This document shows, piece after piece, positions 39,170 to 48,126 of a stretch of DNA of 64,000 nucleotides. The notes under the pieces were generated by a model. It saw only the letters and a program-made list of their open reading frames with translations. It was not told the origin of the DNA and made no database searches. Location of the stretch: contig CAZESP010000005.1 in assembly GCA_964515185.1 (NCBI GenBank), positions 5,787 through 69,786 of the forward strand, given 5' to 3'. Each line of letters begins with the position of its first letter. Positions within the stretch are counted from its first letter, which is position 1. The stretch is from an uncultured Alcaligenaceae bacterium. GTDB taxonomy: Bacteria > Planctomycetota > Planctomycetia > Gemmatales > Gemmataceae. A program made the translations under genes and the position numbers.

Positions 39170-40804
39170 TTAAAAGCACGATCCAGTCAACACGATGTCG
39201 GCGTGCTTCCAAGCGTCACGGAAACGAGTCTCGGTCTCCGCCGACGCCTTGCCTTGCATCCGTTGCGACTGTAACAAGCCGAAAAGCGACCAACCATTTT
39301 CGGGGTTTCGTTTCAGATCTTCGCGATAGACTCGCTCGGCGTCATCGGGTTGGCCGGCGTCGAGGTAGGCCATTCCAAGAAGTTGGCGGATGGGGAAGTA
39401 CCAAAACGGCGGCTCCATGTACGGCAGCTTATCCTGCCTGGCAATGGCCTCCTGCAAGCCGCGCCGGCGAGCGTTGGCGTCGCCGCGAGCCCCGGCCAAT
39501 TCGGCCGCCAGCACGACACGGGCCAGTCGGGTCGAGGTCGCGCCGGGGAAGTCGGGTAGTTCGAGCTTCTCCAAATCGGGGTTGCCGACGATTTTCTCCA
39601 AGGCGTCATCTTCGCGAGCGGCGTCATTCAGTTTTCTCTGCCGGATCAACGCCAAGCCTCGAGCGTAGTGCCAAGCCGCACGGACATAAAGCCAACCCGC
39701 ATCCGGCGCCGGCTCGCGCAATATCTGGTCCCATCGCCCAAACCTCGCCAGGACCAGCAACGGCGTTGCCTTGATCCATTGAGTCATCGGCATGTGATCG
39801 ATGACCTCCTTGGTAACTCGATCGGCCACGGCGCGAGCTTCACGAATCGAATCGGCGCTGCGACCCTCCATGCTCGTCGAGTACGACAGGAAATGAATGT
39901 TGTGAGCAAGGTACATCATCGGGTAGATGCCGGTCACTTGGTTTCGCGAGACATACTCGGCATCAACGGCGATGGCGCGTTCATTGCAGACCGAGGCATC
40001 GTGGTACATTCCAACTCGCAAGTAGATGTGTGACGGCATGTGGACCAAGTGCCCGGCGCCCGGTACGAGATTACGAAGGCGATGCGCTGCCGCCAATCCT
40101 CGCTCGGGAAATGGTGATGCCTCGACGGCATGGATGTAATAGTGGTTCGCCCCTGGGTGATTCGGGTTTCGCTTCAACACGGACTCAAGCGTTTGAATGA
40201 CCTCGTCGGTTCCCGGTCGCGGCTGACCGTCGGCCGCCCAGTAGTTCCACGGCATGGTGTTCATCATCGCTTCGGCGAAAAGAGTGGCCGCGTCAAGGTC
40301 GTCGGGGAAGTTCTTCGCCACGTCGCGCATCGCCGCGGCGAACGCCCTGTCGAGCGGAGCGCGATCCTTCACGGCTTTCTCGGTGTATCGCGTGGAAAGG
40401 GCGGCAATGTAAGCCTGTTCGTTCTTGGCGACCTTCGTTGCCAGACTTTGGGCCTTTTTCAAGGCGGCATTGGCCGGCGGAATTGACTCATCGGACATCG
40501 GCATGTTGATGTTCGCCCCGTGCGCGAAGGCAATGCCCCAATAGGCCATGGCACAATTCGGATCGAGTCGCGTTGCCTCCTCGAACGATCGAATCGCTTC
40601 GGGGTGATTGAAGGCGTAGCAAAGAGTCAGTCCCTGATCGAAGAAACGTTGCGCCTCTTTGGAAGAGGTCGTGACAGCGTGATGATGGCTGCCGAGGTTG
40701 TTGAATAGGGTCGCCTTGCCTCGCGGTTTCATATCGTGATCACGTGCGTAACCACTGGCGGCGACGATCAGACATAGGCAGAAATAGCCAACGAGTCGAA
40801 TCAT
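39170..40804 (-). CDS. secreted TPR-repeat protein
   Basis: Start at 'MIRLVGYFCLCLIVAASGYA' (signal peptide). Multiple TPR-like repeats. The remaining 1 kb of the annotated ORF (40805-41866) is non-coding or antisense. Confidence 0.7.
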   Translation of the reverse strand: MIRLVGYFCLCLIVAASGYARDHDMKPRGKATLFNNLGSHHHAVTTSSKEAQRFFDQGLTLCYAFNHPEAIRSFEEATRLDPNCAMAYWGIAFAHGANINMPMSDESIPPANAALKKAQSLATKVAKNEQAYIAALSTRYTEKAVKDRAPLDRAFAAAMRDVAKNFPDDLDAATLFAEAMMNTMPWNYWAADGQPRPGTDEVIQTLESVLKRNPNHPGANHYYIHAVEASPFPERGLAAAHRLRNLVPGAGHLVHMPSHIYLRVGMYHDASVCNERAIAVDAEYVSRNQVTGIYPMMYLAHNIHFLSYSTSMEGRSADSIREARAVADRVTKEVIDHMPMTQWIKATPLLVLARFGRWDQILREPAPDAGWLYVRAAWHYARGLALIRQRKLNDAAREDDALEKIVGNPDLEKLELPDFPGATSTRLARVVLAAELAGARGDANARRRGLQEAIARQDKLPYMEPPFWYFPIRQLLGMAYLDAGQPDDAERVYREDLKRNPENGWSLFGLLQSQRMQGKASAETETRFRDAWKHADIVLTGSCF

Positions 40805-41014
40805 GATGCAACCTCGCGAGACGAACGACTGCCGAAGGGGTGGCGGCACATCGTCATGACTATTCTCGCTACCAAGAGCTAATTGGAATGCGAAACCAAT
40901 GGTGGCCCAAGGTGCCCCGCGGTGGAGCCGGCAACGACACGGAGCCTTGGTTTCGTTATACTGTTCTGCGTCGCTGGCAAGACTTAACCTGGATCGACCC
41001 CAGCCTCGTAATAC

Positions 41015-44000
41015 ATGGAAACCAACGACCAAACGAACGCATATCGCCCTCGTCGCGCGGAACCGATACCCGATTCCGATATGGGCGAGGAGATTCCCGC
41101 TCGGATCGGTCGCTATCGCGTCGAGCGTTTGCTCGGCCGAGGAGGATTCGGGCAGGTTTTCCTGGCCATGGATGAAGCCTTGAATCGTTACGTGGCGATC
41201 AAGGTGCCGTATCGATCGCTGGTTCCCGACAGTAAGAATGCCGAAGCATATCTCCGTGAGGCTCGTGTTGTTGCCGGCTTCGATCACGCTCATATTGTGC
41301 CGGTTTTTGATGTCGGCAGCACGGCAGAGTATCCGTGTTTCATCGTCTCCAAATATATCGAGGGCAGCACACTCGGAGCGAAGATGCGATCGGGGGCAAT
41401 CGGGTTTCGCGAGTCGGCGGAACTGGTCGCCATTGTCGCGGACGCGCTCCACTACGCCCACGTCAAAGGTTTCGTCCATCGCGATGTTAAGCCGGGGAAT
41501 ATCCTCGTCGAGGTGAACGGCAAACCTTATGTCGCGGATTTCGGGCTGGCATTGAGCGAGGCGGATCTCGGTCTTGGGCCAACCTATGCCGGGACTCCAG
41601 CCTACATGAGCCCTGAGCAGGCTCGCGGCGAAGGTCATCGCGTGGATGGGCGCTCGGATGTGTTCAGTTTGGGCGTCGTCCTTTATGAACTGCTCGCGGG
41701 CCGTCAGCCGTTTCGCGCCGACACCCGCGATGAGCTTTTCGACCTGATCACGACCTACGAACCACGCCCGATCCGCCAGATTGACGCTCAGGTTCCCAAA
41801 GAACTGGAGCGCATCTGCTTCAAGGCGATTTCCAAGAGGGCATCGGATCGATACTCGACCGGCCATGATTTCGCCGAGGACCTGCGAGCATTCCTGCGTG
41901 AAAACTCGACGTCATCGGGTTTGGGGCCAGGATTGGCAGTTCCGCCGTCCCATGCCGCGGCCGGTGTCCATGCCGGGATACCGCCGTCGTCGAACGTCAT
42001 GGCTCCAATTACACCAACGAGCCCGGTTCTGAGTGCGGAAGGCTCGGCAATCAAGATTGTCCCCAAGGGCCTGCGTTCGTTCGATGCGCGCGATGCCGAG
42101 TTTTTTCTGGAGTTGTTACCTGGTCCGCGCGATCGAACCGGTTTGCCCGACAGCTTGCGGTTTTGGAAGTCGCGCATCGAGGAAATGGACGCGGACAATT
42201 CCTTCGCAGTGGGCCTCATCTATGGTCCATCCGGCTGCGGAAAATCGTCACTGGTCAAGGCAGGGCTGATTCCGTCCCTGGCGGATCATGTGATCGTGGT
42301 TTATGTCGAAGCGACGGCGGCAGAGACGGAAACGCGGCTTCTCAACGGGCTTCGCAAGCAGTGTCCCTCGCTGCCGGCGGGGTTGGAGTTGAAGGAGACA
42401 CTGGCGGCTCTACGGCGCGGAACAGGGCTACCGGCCGGAAAATCTGTTCTCATAGTTCTCGATCAGTTTGAGCAGTGGCTTCATGCCAACCGGCAAGACA
42501 GCGAGCTGGAATTGGTGCAAGCGTTGCGGCAGTGCGATGGCGGGCGGTTGAAATGCCTCGCCATGATCCGCGACGATTTCTGGATGGCCGCCACTCGATT
42601 CATGCGTGACATCGAAATCGACTTGGTCAGCGGCCACAACGTTGCGGCGGTCGATCTGTTTGACTTGCGTCATGCTCGCCGTGTGCTGACGGCCTTTGGT
42701 CGCGCCTTTGGCGCCTTACCTGAATCCACCGATGATCTCTCAAAGGAACAACACGCATTCTTGAACGAATCCATCGATGGCTTGAGCCGCGAGGGTAAGG
42801 TCATCTGTGTCCGGTTGGCATTGTTTGCCGAGATGATGAAAGGCCGGCCGTGGACGCCCGCGTCGCTGAAGGCTGTCGGCGGAACCGAGGGCGTCGGCGC
42901 CACGTTCTTGGAGGAGATTTTCGCGTCGTCATCGGCGAATCCGAAATACCGCCTGCACCAAAAGGCGGCGCGAGCGGTTCTGAAAGCGCTGTTGCCCGAG
43001 GCCGGGACCGACATCAAGGGCCACATGCGATCGACGTCCGAACTGATGCAGTTGTCCAGCTACGCGAATCAGCCACGCGACTTCAAGGAACTCGTACAGA
43101 TTCTCGATAGCGAGATTCGCCTCATCACGCCCACCGATCCGGAGGGAATTGAAACCACCGACGAGTCGATCAACGCTCTCGACGCCGGTGAGAAATACTA
43201 TCAGCTCACCCATGACTACTTGGTTCACTCGCTACGGGAGTGGCTGACGACCAAACAAAAAGAGACCCGACGCGGTCGTGCGGAATTGTTGCTGTCGGAC
43301 CTAACGGCCGGCTGGCACGCGCGCCAAGTGAATCGACAACTCCCGACTTGGTTGCAATGGCTCCAGGTACAATTCCTAACACGCCGCCGATCGTGGTCGG
43401 AACCGCAACGGGCCATGATGCGCGCGGCGACCCGCTACCATGCGAGCCGAGGGTTGGTCTTGGCGGTTGTGGGCTTGCTGGCTGCCATTGGCGGCATTGT
43501 CATTTTCGGAATGATCAAGGCGAACACGCTGAGCGAACGTCTGCTCGTGGCCCAAACCGAAGACGCTCCCAAGATCATCGAGCAAATGCACCGCTATCGA
43601 TACTGGGTGACGCCGTTAATGCGCCAAGCCCTTGCGGCGGCTGAGGAAGAAGGCGACCTTCGCAAGCAACTGCATGCCAGCATGGCATTGTTGCCGGTTG
43701 ATCGTGTGCAAATCGATTACCTTTTCATGCGAATGCTCGATGCCCGCCCCGACGAGTTGCCGATCATTCGCGAGGCGATGTTGCCCTACAAGGATGAACT
43801 GCAGCCGAAACTGTGGGCCGCGATGGAACGAACCGACCGTGAACATGCCCATCAACGGTTGCGGGCCGCCGGCGCCTTGGCTTTGTATGACTTGGGTGAA
43901 GAAAAATGGAGTCGCGTCAGCGATCAAGTCGCCGCCGATCTCGTGGCGGTGCCTGCCGTCTATTTGGCGACCTGGGTCGATTCTCTGCGACCGGCGCGAG

Positions 44001-45538
44001 AAATGATTCTGCCGTCGCTGGCCGCGATCTACCGCGACAGCAAACGTCGTGAACATGAACGCACCATGGCGACGGATGTGTTGAGCGACCTGGCTGCGGA
44101 TAAGCCGATTCTGCTCGCCGAGTTGCTGATGGACGCCGATGAGAAGCAGTTCAATGTCTTGTATCCAAAACTAGCCGCTCACGGCATCATGGTGTTGCCG
44201 TCGCTCGATGCTGAAATGACAAAACGGTTGCCGGATTCGGCGTCGAATGACAGCCGGGAGTTGTTGGCACGGCGACAGGCGAATGCGGCGGTCGCCTTGA
44301 TGCGGCTGGGCTATTCGACCAAGGTCTGGCCGGCGTTTGAGCATCGCCCCGATCCCCGTCTACGAACCTACTTGATTCATCGCCTCTCGGCCTGTGGTGT
44401 TGATCCTCGGCAATTGGTCAAACGAGCATTGGACGAATCGGTGCTCTCGATTCGGCGCGCACTCGTGCTGGCCCTCGGCGAATACTCAAAAACGGACCTG
44501 CCGGTGGTCGAGCGCGAATTGTGGCTGGATCATTTGCGACATGCCTTTCAGAACGAATCGGACGCGGGACTTCGATCGGCTGCCGAGTGGCACCTGCGCC
44601 AGTGGAATGAGGGTGCCTGGCTTAATCAGGCAATGAGTGTTTTTTCCAGAGACGCGGGATTCCGCGACAAAAAAACCGAGCAGGTTCGGCGAACCGTCGC
44701 GGCAGGGCAGACCGGTACACAGCCGCAATGGTACGTCAACAAAGTGGGCGACACCATGATCGTATTCGCCGGGCCAATCGAATTTCGCATGGGGTCACCC
44801 GGCGATGAAGCCGGTCGCGAACCGGGTGAGGCGCTTCATGGCCGGCGCGTCGAGCGATCGTTTGCATTGGCGTCGAAACCTGTCTCGTTGGCGCAGTTCA
44901 CGCGATTCCAAGCGAAACATGACTTCCCGCCTCACTACGCTCCGACTCACGACTGCCCAGCCTTGCGCGTGTCGTGGTATCTGGCAGCGGAATATTGCAA
45001 TTGGTTGAGCAAGCAAGAGGGCCTGCCCGAATCGGAGTGGTGTTATCTGTCGAACGCGAGCGGCAAATACGCGGAGGGCATGAAACTCGCGCCGAATTAT
45101 CTGCAACGCACGGGCTATCGGTTGCCAACGGACGCTGAATGGGAATATGCATGCCGCGCTGGAGCCATCACCTCGCGCCATTATGGTTGTTGCGAGGAGT
45201 TGCTCGGAAAGTATGCGTGGTACATGAACGTCTCGGATCATCGCAGCCATCCGGTCGGTAATCTCAAGCCCAATGACTCGGGGTTGTTTGACATCCTCGG
45301 CAATGTCTACACTTGGTGCCAGGACCGGCAGAAGGACTTCGTCGTCTCGGACAAGCCAATCGTCGATGTTGAGGAGCCTGTCGAGGTGTTGGACAAAGAC
45401 GCGCGGATCCTTCGAGGCGGGTCGTTTGCCGATGCGCCGGCCGTCGAGCTGCGTTGCGCGTTTCGCGTCGCCGCCAATCCGACGTTACTGAATCCTTATG
45501 CCGGTTTTCGTGTCGCCAGGACGTTTCCCACTCGTTAG
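41015..45538 (+). CDS. multidomain Ser/Thr kinase - STAND/NACHT-like NTPase - helical repeats - C-terminal FGE-sulfatase (SUMF1) domain
   Basis: Kinase 'HRDVKPGNILV'. P-loop 'LIYGPSGCGKSSLVKAG'. Walker B-like 'VLIVLDQFEQW'. C-terminal 'YRLPTDAEWEYACRAG...GNVYTWCQD...ILRGGSF' is an FGE-sulfatase fold. 1507 aa. Confidence 0.85.
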   Translation: METNDQTNAYRPRRAEPIPDSDMGEEIPARIGRYRVERLLGRGGFGQVFLAMDEALNRYVAIKVPYRSLVPDSKNAEAYLREARVVAGFDHAHIVPVFDVGSTAEYPCFIVSKYIEGSTLGAKMRSGAIGFRESAELVAIVADALHYAHVKGFVHRDVKPGNILVEVNGKPYVADFGLALSEADLGLGPTYAGTPAYMSPEQARGEGHRVDGRSDVFSLGVVLYELLAGRQPFRADTRDELFDLITTYEPRPIRQIDAQVPKELERICFKAISKRASDRYSTGHDFAEDLRAFLRENSTSSGLGPGLAVPPSHAAAGVHAGIPPSSNVMAPITPTSPVLSAEGSAIKIVPKGLRSFDARDAEFFLELLPGPRDRTGLPDSLRFWKSRIEEMDADNSFAVGLIYGPSGCGKSSLVKAGLIPSLADHVIVVYVEATAAETETRLLNGLRKQCPSLPAGLELKETLAALRRGTGLPAGKSVLIVLDQFEQWLHANRQDSELELVQALRQCDGGRLKCLAMIRDDFWMAATRFMRDIEIDLVSGHNVAAVDLFDLRHARRVLTAFGRAFGALPESTDDLSKEQHAFLNESIDGLSREGKVICVRLALFAEMMKGRPWTPASLKAVGGTEGVGATFLEEIFASSSANPKYRLHQKAARAVLKALLPEAGTDIKGHMRSTSELMQLSSYANQPRDFKELVQILDSEIRLITPTDPEGIETTDESINALDAGEKYYQLTHDYLVHSLREWLTTKQKETRRGRAELLLSDLTAGWHARQVNRQLPTWLQWLQVQFLTRRRSWSEPQRAMMRAATRYHASRGLVLAVVGLLAAIGGIVIFGMIKANTLSERLLVAQTEDAPKIIEQMHRYRYWVTPLMRQALAAAEEEGDLRKQLHASMALLPVDRVQIDYLFMRMLDARPDELPIIREAMLPYKDELQPKLWAAMERTDREHAHQRLRAAGALALYDLGEEKWSRVSDQVAADLVAVPAVYLATWVDSLRPAREMILPSLAAIYRDSKRREHERTMATDVLSDLAADKPILLAELLMDADEKQFNVLYPKLAAHGIMVLPSLDAEMTKRLPDSASNDSRELLARRQANAAVALMRLGYSTKVWPAFEHRPDPRLRTYLIHRLSACGVDPRQLVKRALDESVLSIRRALVLALGEYSKTDLPVVERELWLDHLRHAFQNESDAGLRSAAEWHLRQWNEGAWLNQAMSVFSRDAGFRDKKTEQVRRTVAAGQTGTQPQWYVNKVGDTMIVFAGPIEFRMGSPGDEAGREPGEALHGRRVERSFALASKPVSLAQFTRFQAKHDFPPHYAPTHDCPALRVSWYLAAEYCNWLSKQEGLPESEWCYLSNASGKYAEGMKLAPNYLQRTGYRLPTDAEWEYACRAGAITSRHYGCCEELLGKYAWYMNVSDHRSHPVGNLKPNDSGLFDILGNVYTWCQDRQKDFVVSDKPIVDVEEPVEVLDKDARILRGGSFADAPAVELRCAFRVAANPTLLNPYAGFRVARTFPTR

Positions 45539-45588
45539 CGCCGGTCGCGTGTCTCTTGGGACGCGTGGATGCGGGGAGGAGCTTCCAA

Positions 45589-47355
45589 ATGCCTCGACGA
45601 CATTCGCGTGTCCCGCTCGAATCCAGCCACGTGACGCACCATCCCGGAGCGCGCACGGCCCGCCTCAAACCGGATGGGTCTAGCATCCACGTAACGGTCG
45701 TCTTGAAATCGTCCCCGTTGCCCGTGGGCCGCCCTGCCGCGGCCAAAGTCGAGGATATCGTCGCGGATCACGCCCGTCTTCGCCCGCGTCTCACGTCGCG
45801 CGAAATGGTTGAGCATCAGTGCGCGGATGATGCCCATATCGCCGCTGTTCGGCGATTCGCAAAAGCCCATGGTCTGCGAGTCGTGGACGTTTCGCATTTG
45901 CGTCATGACGTGGTTCTCGAAGGGGCGCCGGAGGTCATCAATGCGGCATTCGGTGTCGAGTTGCGTCATTATGCGCATCGTCACGGTGTTTATCGCGCTC
46001 ACCCCGGACCGATTCACGTTCCCGAGGAACTGGCTGATGCGGTAGAGTGCGTCTTGGGATTGGACAACATCCCGCTTCTCGATCCGAAACCGGCGCCGGC
46101 GGCGGCTCACGATCCGGCGATCAAGACACTGATGACTCCTCATGACGTGGCGGAGTACTACCGCTTCCCCTCGGCGACAACCGGCAAAGGCCAGCGAATC
46201 ACGCTCATCGAGTTTGGCGGCGGATATCATGCCCGCGATATTCAAGCCTTCTTCAAGTCGATGGGCATCGCCATGCCGGCCATCAAGGATCGATGCCTGC
46301 CCGGTGCCAAGAATGACCCTCTGGATCATCGACTGCTCCGCGAGATAATCACGGCCAGCAAGACAGATCCCGCGGCGGCGGCTCAACGCTACGGCGAGCA
46401 TTTGAACGATTTCATCTCGACTCTCGAAGTGACGATGGATCTCGAAATCGCGGGAAGCCTCGCGCCCGATGCCGAAATTGATGTCCTATTTGCGCCGCCG
46501 ACGGGGAAGGCATGGCGGGACGCGATTTATGCGGCCCTTCATGAGCCGGCAGCCACAGTCATCTCCATCAGTTGGGGAAACGCCGAATACCGATTCAGCG
46601 AATCCCATGTTCACGGGATCAACGATGCCTTGAAGGCGGCTCGATTAGCCCACGTCACCGTTTGCTGCTCTTCCGGCGACTTCGGGTCGCGAGCCACATC
46701 GACGGCAATCGAGTCCAATGGCGTCGCCAACGTCGCCTTTCCGGCTTCAAGTCCGCTGGTGCTGGCCTGTGGAGGAACGGCCCTGAAGCGGGTCGGCCCC
46801 AACATCGTCGACGAAGTTGCCTGGAATAGCCCGATGATGGGCATACGCTATGCGACCGGAGGCGGCATCAGCGGACGGTTTCGCTTGCCGAAATATCAAA
46901 CGAATGTCCGAACGATGGCTTCAAAACGGTCGGCGGACGCGAGAATCTGGAAGACCCCAAGCCATGCAAAAACTCGCGGGTATCGGGGCCGGGGCGTGCC
47001 TGACGTGGCCGGTCACGCCGATACCGTGGACGGCTATCGGCTGATCGTTGGGGGGCAGGAGTTCCCCGGCGGCGGAACGAGCGCCGTTGCCCCGCTTTGG
47101 GCAGCGCTCATCGCGAGGTTGAACGAGGCGATCGGTTTTCAACTCGGGTGGATCAATCCGATCCTCTATCATCCCGAGGTGGCTCAGGCGTTTCGTGCGG
47201 TTCGTGGCGGGACGAACGACGTTGCCGATCGGCAGATTCCGTACTTTCGGGCCCGGCCTGCATGGAATGGCTGCACAGGCCTGGGCGTACCCGACGGCAC
47301 GCGCCTGTTGAAGGCCATCCAATCGATGTTTCGCAAGGCAAAGCACGCAAAGTAG
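45589..47355 (+). CDS. S53 family peptidase (sedolisin/kumamolisin-like) with pro-domain
   Basis: Pro-kumamolisin activation-like N-domain. Catalytic region with 'GGTSAVAPLWAALIARL', the Ser of the SED triad. 'EVTMDLEIAG' is Glu/Asp region. The start is at the internal ATG. Confidence 0.75.
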   Translation: MPRRHSRVPLESSHVTHHPGARTARLKPDGSSIHVTVVLKSSPLPVGRPAAAKVEDIVADHARLRPRLTSREMVEHQCADDAHIAAVRRFAKAHGLRVVDVSHLRHDVVLEGAPEVINAAFGVELRHYAHRHGVYRAHPGPIHVPEELADAVECVLGLDNIPLLDPKPAPAAAHDPAIKTLMTPHDVAEYYRFPSATTGKGQRITLIEFGGGYHARDIQAFFKSMGIAMPAIKDRCLPGAKNDPLDHRLLREIITASKTDPAAAAQRYGEHLNDFISTLEVTMDLEIAGSLAPDAEIDVLFAPPTGKAWRDAIYAALHEPAATVISISWGNAEYRFSESHVHGINDALKAARLAHVTVCCSSGDFGSRATSTAIESNGVANVAFPASSPLVLACGGTALKRVGPNIVDEVAWNSPMMGIRYATGGGISGRFRLPKYQTNVRTMASKRSADARIWKTPSHAKTRGYRGRGVPDVAGHADTVDGYRLIVGGQEFPGGGTSAVAPLWAALIARLNEAIGFQLGWINPILYHPEVAQAFRAVRGGTNDVADRQIPYFRARPAWNGCTGLGVPDGTRLLKAIQSMFRKAKHAK

Positions 47356-47388
47356 TGGCTGACTCGAAAGCGACACGAAACCTCGCAG

Positions 47389-48123
47389 TCAGTGGCTCGC
47401 CCGCGGCGGGATGCACAGTGTTGCCATCGGCGATATTTGGACCTTTGTCAGATTCTCAAGCCGGTGGCGCTCGACGAGTGGCTCGTCATCCAATCGGATG
47501 GACGCCTGATAGACGATTGCCTCATGGTCCGTGCCGTAAATCTTGATCAGGCGTGTCACCAGTTGCGCCAGGCGGCTTGAATCGTAACCGCCCCGGCGAT
47601 AACTGAGGTCGCCAATGACGCCGACTTGCCAGAGGATGAGGAGACTGCCAGGGTCAAAGGCTCGGTCGCTGTTGAGAAAGTCCATCGCTTCATGACACTG
47701 GCAACCGCTCGTACCTGGATCGATGCCGAGATCGGCGAAGAGGCAATCGATCGCGGAAATAGCCGGGAGCATTTTCGCCCGGAAACCCGCGGCCCGCGCC
47801 TGCCTTACCGCCTCATGTCCCAACCACGAAAAGACGCCGGGATGACCGAGCAGGGCGAGACAGGTTGGCGACTTCGATTGGACGAGCGTTAAAATGTGCC
47901 GGACCATGGCCTCAAGGCATTGACGACGCGGCTTGCCCTCGACGTAGAATTGCGAGAGTGAACGCGCCTTCGGATTCATCCCTTCGATAATCCCACCCGC
48001 CAACGGGTCGTAAACGAGATACGGTACGGCATGAGCCTGCTTGATCCAGGCGATGCTCTCCGTGGTCAGTTGACCGATAATGCGAATGCCCGTGCCCACG
48101 ACGATGAGGTTCGGTTGATCCAA
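47389..48123 (-). CDS. tetrapyrrole-methylase-fold (TP_methylase-like) SAM-dependent methyltransferase family protein
   Basis: 'LIVVGTGIRIIGQLTTESIAWIKQAHAVPYLVYDP', 'LALLGHPGVFSW' and 'LPAISAIDCLFADLGI' follow the TP_methylase motif order (GxGPGd..., sGDP..f, vPGiSs). Confidence 0.6.
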   Translation of the reverse strand: MDQPNLIVVGTGIRIIGQLTTESIAWIKQAHAVPYLVYDPLAGGIIEGMNPKARSLSQFYVEGKPRRQCLEAMVRHILTLVQSKSPTCLALLGHPGVFSWLGHEAVRQARAAGFRAKMLPAISAIDCLFADLGIDPGTSGCQCHEAMDFLNSDRAFDPGSLLILWQVGVIGDLSYRRGGYDSSRLAQLVTRLIKIYGTDHEAIVYQASIRLDDEPLVERHRLENLTKVQISPMATLCIPPRASH

Positions 48124-48126
48124 AGG

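Noticed and set aside
40805-41866. Upstream 354 codons of the 898-aa minus-strand ORF 39170..41866
   Set aside because: The conserved TPR protein clearly starts at 'MIRLVGYF...' with a signal peptide at 40804. The extension runs through the divergent promoter region and antisense to the start of the kinase gene, so it is a GC-rich shadow ORF.
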